This document shows positions 15,124 through 20,323 of a stretch of DNA of 32,000 nt, piece after piece. The notes beneath the pieces are model-generated. The model searched no databases. It was given only the letters and a program-made list of their open reading frames with translations, and had not been told where the DNA came from. The DNA is from Crocosphaera subtropica ATCC 51142. Its GTDB lineage: Bacteria; Cyanobacteriota; Cyanobacteriia; Cyanobacteriales; Microcystaceae. Both the position numbers and the translations under genes were made by a program. Each line of letters opens with the position of its first letter. Position 1 is the stretch's first letter. The DNA lies in NCBI RefSeq assembly GCF_000017845.1, contig NC_010547.1, positions 180,001-212,000 on the forward strand, in the 5' to 3' direction.

Positions 15124-15514
15124 TTACTGAATTTTCCACATTATCTCATGACCTGCCCAGAGGGGAACGATTCCAGAGTTATTGAGTGAGATTTCATCAG
15201 GAATACGCTAGGTCGATTTGACCAGGGTTATCTGTTCGGTATTGCGTGGGAGTCGGTAAAAATCTAGCCCATAGAAGCTGGCAAAAGCTTCAAGCTTATC
15301 GAGAGCATCAGCACGCTCAAACGCTTCTACATATAACGCGCTTGGCGTGTAGAGCCGAATAGCATCCTGCACAGCCACAGGAACTTTCTTTATTATTGCG
15401 AGTATGGGGAGCGCTATCAGTACCCAGAAAAAACTTAGGATTACCTGATGTAGTTGCTTGGACAATAGCCTGACGATGCTCTTCCCCTTTCAATGCGGTT
15501 TTTCCATGCTTGAA
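15124..15514 (-). pseudogene. pyrC: 3' fragment of a class II dihydroorotase gene with one frameshift and one in-frame stop
   Basis: Three pieces are colinear with the E. coli-type PyrC C-terminus: [31 protein letters not shown] (frame a), [35 protein letters not shown] (frame b), then TAG at 15208-15210 followed by IPDEISLNNSGIVPLWAGHEIMWKIQ. Confidence 0.75.
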
Positions 15515-15851
15515 GTTTGGCACGAAGGTCTTCCTGACCTGGTTTGGGGGGCATCGAGGCTATCTTGGCAAATCGTTCCCGATTGCGTTCTTCCCAATAT
15601 TGACGAATTTCTGCTGCTGTTTGCAGACATTCTTGGTATTCTGCTTCAACTTCAGTACGATGAGTTTCAATGTAGGCTAAAGCTGAACAAATTTGCTTAT
15701 TGTTGAGACCGAGTTTTTCACGGATTAACTTTGGTGGATACTGAGCTTTCAGGTAATCCATTACATCATAAAGAGTGATGCGTGTACCTGTAATCGTTAG
15801 TCCACGCTCAGTACGAATAATTGAGGATTGCTCATTCAATGCTGAAATCAT
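15441..15851 (-). CDS. DUF433-domain protein (antitoxin-like), 3' end running into the pyrC remnant
   Basis: The ATG is preceded by ggag. [22 protein letters not shown] is the DUF433 signature. The last 25 or so codons overlap pyrC-derived DNA in another frame. Confidence 0.65.
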   Translation of the reverse strand: MISALNEQSSIIRTERGLTITGTRITLYDVMDYLKAQYPPKLIREKLGLNNKQICSALAYIETHRTEVEAEYQECLQTAAEIRQYWEERNRERFAKIASMPPKPGQEDLRAKLQAWKNRIERGRASSGYCPSNYIR

Positions 15852-16017
15852 AGCTGTTTCTCCGCCCAACTTAATTTTATATTATCTCAAAATTAGCTAA
15901 ACGCCGAGAAGCCCCTCGCTGTACAAAGTCAGCGTCGGGTAGTTTACTTTTTGTACAGTCTTCTGTGTTTTGTTCTTCCAATGCTAAAATTGGAAAGATG
16001 TCGCAGGAGTCAGAGTA

Positions 16018-17154
16018 ATGGCAGTAACAGGAAGAAAAACACAACGTCGAAGCAGGACAAAGAAATCAGAGGAGCAATTAGAGAAAGAGCAAACTACGAC
16101 CCAAGACGCGATCGATGTAACCGCTCAAAGTGATGTAGCGACATCGCCTGATTCCGCTGATTCCAAGCAAGAAAACGATAAAGAAACGACAAAATCAACA
16201 GATACAGTAGCAAGGGTTGAGACACTTAAACCAGATCAAGTAGATTCTATAGAAGACCGAGAAGAACAAATAGCAAAACGGGCAGAATTAGAGAATATCG
16301 TCATAGAACACTCTCAGAGTTTTACTATCATTGGAAAAGCTTTGCGAGAAATCCAAGAAAAGAAACTTCATCAAATTGAAGATCCTAATAAGAGATGGGA
16401 TGTTTATGTCGACGAAACATTCGGTATTGTAAAATCTAGAGCCTATCAACTTATTGCAGGGACTGTTCTTTATGAAGTTCTCGAAGATAACTTAAAAGGA
16501 GACTATTCACTCCCCAAATCCGATACTCAACTTCGTCCTTTATACTCCCTTGTCAAAGGATGGAGAAAGGCAACAGCGAAAAACGATGTAGAAGAAAAAG
16601 AAAGGATAGAGCAGTTAATTGTTAAGCATTATAAAGACTCAATAGATGTAGCTAATCAAGAAGGAAAAGAACTAACAGAGAGTATTGTTAGAGAGGTGGT
16701 TCGCGCGTCCCAACAAAAAGAAGTTCAAGCCAGAAGCTTTTCAACTGAAGATATAGGGGCGGTGGTCGAGATAACTAAAGTAGAAGGGAATGATAACCTA
16801 CGTGGCCAGAAAGGGAATTACGGAATTATTACAGGCGTAAACAACTTCAGTGTGTCTATTGAAACAGCTATAGGAGAATACGACACCATCCCTCAACAAT
16901 GCGTAAGAAAAATGCCCGCAGATAAAGTATATCAACAAGAAACCAACGAAAAGATTAAGTCTCATATATCGAGACTTAAAACCATATACGATGCTATTCA
17001 GAGCAGTGAAGACAAAGACAAAAGACTCGCTAACTATATTGTGGGAATGACTGCTTCCTATCAAGGAACCAAGAAAACAGAATTAAACCATAAGCTACTC
17101 AAAACTATCGAGGACTATTTTGAGATCAAAGATGATCCGCAGCAACCTCAATAA
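16018..17154 (+). CDS. hypothetical DNA-binding-like protein (possible ParB/KorB-like HTH or replication-related)
   Basis: 378 aa with an acidic, low-complexity N-terminus. FTIIGKALREIQEKKLHQ...WDVYVDETFGIVKSRAYQLIAG resembles the HTH of plasmid partition/regulator proteins. This is a weak call. Confidence 0.5.
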   Translation: MAVTGRKTQRRSRTKKSEEQLEKEQTTTQDAIDVTAQSDVATSPDSADSKQENDKETTKSTDTVARVETLKPDQVDSIEDREEQIAKRAELENIVIEHSQSFTIIGKALREIQEKKLHQIEDPNKRWDVYVDETFGIVKSRAYQLIAGTVLYEVLEDNLKGDYSLPKSDTQLRPLYSLVKGWRKATAKNDVEEKERIEQLIVKHYKDSIDVANQEGKELTESIVREVVRASQQKEVQARSFSTEDIGAVVEITKVEGNDNLRGQKGNYGIITGVNNFSVSIETAIGEYDTIPQQCVRKMPADKVYQQETNEKIKSHISRLKTIYDAIQSSEDKDKRLANYIVGMTASYQGTKKTELNHKLLKTIEDYFEIKDDPQQPQ

Positions 17155-17184
17155 TTTATAACGAAAATAGTCGTTGCTGCGGAT
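17135..17184 (+). repeat. hairpin element, copy 6 (left arm encodes the last codons of 16018-17154)
   Basis: atccgcagcaACCTCAATAATTTATAACGAAAATAGTCGTtgctgcggat. The TAA stop at 17152-17154 lies inside the element. Confidence 0.85.
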
Positions 17185-17242
17185 ATCTCAAAGACTTGCT
17201 GTAAGCCGATTTCAGGCTATTTGTTACTCGTTTATCTCAGAC

Positions 17243-17250
17243 GCTAGCGC
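17243..17250 (+). promoter_or_regulatory. GCTAGCGC box (first of a tandem pair)
   Basis: cGCTAGCGCggaaaagaggattatct precedes the second box at 17268. Confidence 0.4.
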
Positions 17251-17267
17251 GGAAAAGAGGATTATCT

Positions 17268-17275
17268 GCTAGCGC
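17268..17275 (+). promoter_or_regulatory. GCTAGCGC box heading an ORF-less unit
   Basis: tGCTAGCGCaggtatgaactgaaac. Only ATG-AAC-TGA is present before the terminator. Confidence 0.5.
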
Positions 17276-17346
17276 AGGTATGAACTGAAACTTCCCCCCA
17301 CCTCGTTTGTATAAAAGGTAGTCTTGTTGGATTGCCTTTTTTTTTT
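17276..17346 (+). ncRNA. candidate small RNA (about 70 nt)
   Basis: Box, C-rich stretch cttccccccacc, hairpin aaggtagtc/ggattgcctt, then an 11-nt T-run. No ORF. Confidence 0.3.
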
Positions 17347-17348
17347 AG

Positions 17349-17398
17349 ATCCGCAGCAGTAGCTGTTTTCTATAAGAAATATAGGTGTTGCTGCGGGT
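17349..17398 (+). repeat. hairpin element, copy 7
   Basis: atccgcagcaGTAGCTGTTTTCTATAAGAAATATAGGTGTtgctgcgggt, directly after the T-run. Confidence 0.8.
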
Positions 17399-17563
17399 GA
17401 TTCAAAGACTCGTCACTAGGGGGTTACAAGGCGATAGGCGGTGGCTTTACCTCGACCTTCTTTTCGCAGGATATTCTGAGAGATCGAGGTGCTTCTGGTT
17501 CCAAGCCATGTCCGTATTGTAGTCGTATTATAGCCGAAAGGATAGCGCAAAAGAGGGTTAGCT

Positions 17564-17571
17564 GCTAGCGC
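17564..17571 (+). promoter_or_regulatory. GCTAGCGC box heading an ORF-less unit
   Basis: gatagcgcaaaagagggttagctGCTAGCGCagggtttgactgaaagc. The 35 nt upstream repeat the tandem arrangement at 17243-17275. Confidence 0.5.
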
Positions 17572-17660
17572 AGGGTTTGACTGAAAGCCCCAATTGGCTT
17601 TGCAGAACTGCGTTCATAGCTGACCTCGATAGGAACCTCTTTATGAGGTTTCTATTTTTT
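17572..17660 (+). ncRNA. candidate small RNA (about 90 nt)
   Basis: No ORF. Internal hairpin aaagcc-ccaatt-ggcttt, and terminal hairpin aggaacctc/gaggtttct plus T-run. Confidence 0.3.
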
Positions 17661-17744
17661 CTATAAACTCGACACGTAAACTAACCCTAGTTCTAGCTAC
17701 GGTTTTTTAAATAATTAGCTAGAACTAGAGTAGTAACGAGATAG

Positions 17745-17752
17745 GCTAGCGC
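17745..17752 (+). promoter_or_regulatory. GCTAGCGC box
   Basis: gGCTAGCGCcagtatggttgaactgagc; 36 nt to ATG 17789. Confidence 0.55.
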
Positions 17753-17788
17753 CAGTATGGTTGAACTGAGCATAGCGAGGAACCAACC

Positions 17789-18334
17789 ATGCAATCATTA
17801 GAAATTTTACTCGATTTATTAGCCATCATTTTTGTTTTATACGCCACCTACGGGCATAGAAACGGAGATAATTTAGTGTTAGCGGGCGATATCAGTAGCC
17901 TTGAATTGATGACACAGATCGCCTTTGGGTCAGGTCAAACTCAAGAAGAAGAGGACGATTTGCCCCCTTGGGATGTCGATGAATTAATCGATAGTCTCAC
18001 GCAGGTTGAGCCAGAGCCTTCTACGAATACTCTTGATGAAACCACTGAGGGTACACAGAGTCCTGAACTCAAAGTGCCCGAAGAGGGTCTGATTCCCTTC
18101 GATGTCGATGAACCCGATATCCCCAGTCGCAACGAGGTATTCAACGACTACCCTGATTTCGATGTTACTCAGATTACCGCAAAGAAAGCCTGGAAAGCAG
18201 CCAAGGCGCTAGGATTACCTTACAAGAATCCAGACAAAAGCCGCATCAAGGTAACTGTTCTAAGACAAAACATCGAAGCGTATCTTAGAGAAAATCCTAG
18301 TCAATTTTCCGATGTCCTCCCTTTCGTTGGATAA
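17789..18334 (+). CDS. membrane-anchored, highly acidic protein
   Basis: N-terminal hydrophobic helix LEILLDLLAIIFVLYATY, followed by D/E/P-rich repeats (PPWDVDELID, IPFDVDEPDIP). Confidence 0.6.
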   Translation: MQSLEILLDLLAIIFVLYATYGHRNGDNLVLAGDISSLELMTQIAFGSGQTQEEEDDLPPWDVDELIDSLTQVEPEPSTNTLDETTEGTQSPELKVPEEGLIPFDVDEPDIPSRNEVFNDYPDFDVTQITAKKAWKAAKALGLPYKNPDKSRIKVTVLRQNIEAYLRENPSQFSDVLPFVG

Positions 18335-18384
18335 TCAAGGAGGGGGCTGACTCCCCTCTCTGCTCACCTTACCCCATAGTAATT

Positions 18385-18684
18385 ATGAAAACTCAAACCG
18401 AACCACAACAACGAACCTACCAAGCCAATAGCCTGATCATCAACACGGTAGAAACCAACGATAATCAACTGGAAGTTTATCTCTGTTACTTGGACGGGTT
18501 TTCCATTCGCCAAATAAACAATATTAATGGCCTAGGTGCTTTACTCGGATTGGAGGGGGAACCAGAAAACTCCTTTGAGCCGTTCATCGTTCCACAGCAC
18601 CGAATTAGAGATATCATCGACACTTTCTTTGTCTATTCAAAGCAGGTAGTAGAGTTAGTCAACAGAGATTTAGACCAAGATTAA
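18385..18684 (+). CDS. hypothetical protein
   Basis: 99-aa ORF in the same transcription unit as 17789-18334. No terminator lies between them. Confidence 0.55.
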   Translation: MKTQTEPQQRTYQANSLIINTVETNDNQLEVYLCYLDGFSIRQINNINGLGALLGLEGEPENSFEPFIVPQHRIRDIIDTFFVYSKQVVELVNRDLDQD

Positions 18685-18699
18685 GTCAGGAGAAAACTC

Positions 18700-18900
18700 A
18701 TGGAACCAAAACCAAACAGAGAAAAAGCCATACTTTGGCTATCTGACGATGACTTAGAACTTATCGGCATTGACCCTGCCTCTATCTCAGATGAATTATT
18801 CGAAGCGATTGCAGAAGAACTCAAGGAATTTATCAACGAAGGCTTTCAACACGCCCTGATTCAAAGTGTTGAGTCAGCAAAAGTCAACCAGGAATCATGA
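18700..18900 (+). CDS. small highly acidic protein
   Basis: 66 aa, with about 16 D/E versus 5 K/R by my count. An aggag SD lies 8 nt upstream and the terminator follows. Confidence 0.55.
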   Translation: MEPKPNREKAILWLSDDDLELIGIDPASISDELFEAIAEELKEFINEGFQHALIQSVESAKVNQES

Positions 18901-18909
18901 ACTATTGTC

Positions 18910-18932
18910 GAGGCTCCGTGCCTCTTTTTTTT
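18910..18932 (+). terminator. rho-independent terminator
   Basis: Stem gaggc/gcctc followed by an 8-nt T-run. Confidence 0.7.
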
Positions 18933-18960
18933 GTTCTATAGGGAACTTCTTTATGTCTGT

Positions 18961-18968
18961 GCTAGCGC
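18961..18968 (+). promoter_or_regulatory. GCTAGCGC box
   Basis: tGCTAGCGCacggtagcc; 36 nt to ATG 19005. Confidence 0.55.
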
Positions 18969-19004
18969 ACGGTAGCCATGAACATAATCTCGAAAGGAGA
19001 CTTC

Positions 19005-19535
19005 ATGTTATTCGCTGTGTTAACACAAAAGAACTGGGCAAAAGCCAGAATTCGCTCGATTACTAACTATGATACTGTGACTAAAACCCTTCCTAAATAT
19101 TCGTTTGACGATGTGGATATCGCTGTGATCGGAAAAGTGTCGATGAATGAAGATGAGTGGCTTGGTCTTGAGGTAGGACTCGGCACTATATATCGATATT
19201 GTCAAAAAGGGCTACCTGCGGAGGCTTACGACGAAGAGGGGAACATTACCTTACTATACGAGCCACCATCTCGGTCAGCCGATATTGGAGACTTGATTCA
19301 ATTTGAAGATGGTCGAGTGTACCGAGTTGAACACGATGGCTATAAACTACTCCCCCATCAGCCAATTGTCCGATTATCCGAGAGTTTAATCGATAGACGA
19401 TTAGTAGCTAATTTCCGCAGTATACCGAATTGGCATACTCATCGGGTATTTGAACATCAAGTCCTGCAAAGAAGTGATTTAGTGGTTGAAAAATGTGTGG
19501 ACATCGCACAGCACATTTACTACCGAATCCGATAA
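19005..19535 (+). CDS. hypothetical protein
   Basis: ORF-track 18978 start replaced by the in-frame ATG with an aaaggag SD 7 nt upstream and box-consistent spacing. Confidence 0.6.
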   Translation: MLFAVLTQKNWAKARIRSITNYDTVTKTLPKYSFDDVDIAVIGKVSMNEDEWLGLEVGLGTIYRYCQKGLPAEAYDEEGNITLLYEPPSRSADIGDLIQFEDGRVYRVEHDGYKLLPHQPIVRLSESLIDRRLVANFRSIPNWHTHRVFEHQVLQRSDLVVEKCVDIAQHIYYRIR

Positions 19536-19551
19536 GGTATCATCGCCGAAA

Positions 19552-19583
19552 AGAGAGACCGTTTAGGTTTCTCTTTTTCTTTT
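19552..19583 (+). terminator. rho-independent terminator
   Basis: Stem agagagacc/ggtttctct followed by a T-rich run. Confidence 0.65.
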
Positions 19584-19609
19584 GAACCTGTCGTAAATTG
19601 CAAAGCATC

Positions 19610-19634
19610 GTAGGGTGGGCATGGCCCACCCTAC
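19610..19634. repeat. perfect 11-bp-stem hairpin GTAGGGTGGGC-atg-GCCCACCCTAC
   Basis: Perfect palindrome. A related copy, aGGGTGGGtatgtCCCACCtt, lies at 11327-11347. Confidence 0.7.
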
Positions 19635-19743
19635 AGGTAGCACTCACTCAGCGTATTCGACGCCTTTTACCTTGCCATTTTCGGCGCCGACCCTGCCTCC
19701 TTGATGAAGCAAGCAGTGTTTGGAGTGGAAAAGCTGACGACAA

Positions 19744-19856
19744 TGCACGATGTATGCACGGGTAATGCACACAAAAGCACGATAAAAACGCTTCTTCACT
19801 AGCGTGAAAGCACAAAAACGTGCGCTTATAGTGCTGAAACGTGACTATTAAGTGCA
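19744..19856. repeat. phased GCAC/GTGC iteron-like array (period 10-11 bp)
   Basis: (T/A)GCAC at 19744, 19755, 19766 and 19776. AGCAC at 19809, then GTGC/GTGA at 19820, 19831, 19841 and 19852. Confidence 0.65.
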
Positions 19857-19887
19857 TCTTTTGGTTAAGTAAAAATACTCAAAAAGC

Positions 19888-20052
19888 ATGAAAAATATTT
19901 TATGTCTTGTCAGGCTACACGATTGGAAAATAATCCGTGGGAATACGCCAGAGTTAAAAGACGCCTACATTTGCAGAGAGTGCCAAAGATGTGGAAGATT
20001 CGAGGTCAAATCCTACGCATCAAACTTCAAATGGCAAACACTAATGAAATAA
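19888..20052 (+). CDS. small zinc-ribbon-like protein (54 aa, below ORF-track cutoff)
   Basis: MKNILCLVRLHDW...AYICRECQRCGRFEVKSY...LMK. The stop is at 20050-20052, just before the terminator at 20059-20090. This fits the cassette layout better than the overlapping 85-aa ORF 19902-20159. Confidence 0.35.
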   Translation: MKNILCLVRLHDWKIIRGNTPELKDAYICRECQRCGRFEVKSYASNFKWQTLMK

Positions 20053-20058
20053 GCATCA

Positions 20059-20090
20059 ACAGGGATTGTCTATTAAGAATCCTGTTTTTT
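20059..20090 (+). terminator. rho-independent terminator
   Basis: Stem cag(g)gatt/aatcctg followed by a 6-nt T-run abutting the next box. Confidence 0.7.
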
Positions 20091-20098
20091 GCTAGCGC
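20091..20098 (+). promoter_or_regulatory. GCTAGCGC box
   Basis: tGCTAGCGCaagggataaag; 29 nt to ATG 20128. Confidence 0.5.
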
Positions 20099-20127
20099 AA
20101 GGGATAAAGAAGTGTTTAAGAAAAACC

Positions 20128-20292
20128 ATGAAAGTCTACACCGCTTACATAGTCACTGAGGAAGGAGTCAAAGAAGATGATCATTATGTTTACCAGAACA
20201 AGGAAAAAGCTAAAGAGGCAGCCCAAGCCTGGGGTTTACTAGAAAAGGCAAAGCATTGCGGAATAAAAGAAAAGCGTTATATCCCGAATTGA
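20128..20292 (+). CDS. hypothetical small protein (54 aa)
   Basis: ORF-track 20089 start lies inside the terminator and box, so the ORF was trimmed to MKVYTAYIVTEEG... Confidence 0.45.
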   Translation: MKVYTAYIVTEEGVKEDDHYVYQNKEKAKEAAQAWGLLEKAKHCGIKEKRYIPN

Positions 20293-20323
20293 GGGATTTA
20301 TCTTTGAATCCCTTTCTTTTTTT
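20293..20323 (+). terminator. rho-independent terminator overlapping the 3' end of the convergent polymerase gene
   Basis: Stem gggatt/aatccc followed by tttcttttttt. Confidence 0.55.

Noticed and set aside
15208-15523. Two separate ORFs (15208-15465 and 15317-15523) as real genes
   Set aside because: Together they are consecutive pieces of one PyrC C-terminus in two frames, so they are annotated as a single pseudogene.
19648-19857. 69-aa minus-strand ORF; the 75-aa plus-strand ORF at 26772-26999 was rejected on the same grounds
   Set aside because: Both lie entirely within the phased GCAC/GTGC repeat arrays. Their Cys/His/Arg-rich translations are what such repeats produce by chance.
180-20098. 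GCTAGCGC as the -35 element of an ordinary sigma70 promoter
   Set aside because: Looking 16-18 nt downstream of the box, I find no consistent TAnnnT hexamer across units. A -35 at that position would also leave almost no leader before the ATG. The idea is kept only as an unlikely alternative. An operator for a KorA/KorB-like global repressor remains a live alternative and is noted in the findings.
19902-20159. 85-aa ORF
   Set aside because: It reads through the terminator at 20059-20090 and the box at 20091-20098. A shorter frame-1 ORF (19888-20052) fits the unit structure better.
180-20323. The cassette array as an integron, with GCTAGCGC or the hairpin elements acting as attC
   Set aside because: No tyrosine recombinase or attI is visible in the window. 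Integron cassettes are normally promoterless and lack individual terminators. The box sits at a fixed distance upstream of each ATG rather than at the 3' ends. The hairpin arms do not match the RYYYAAC/GTTRRRY attC cores. An integrase outside the window cannot be excluded.
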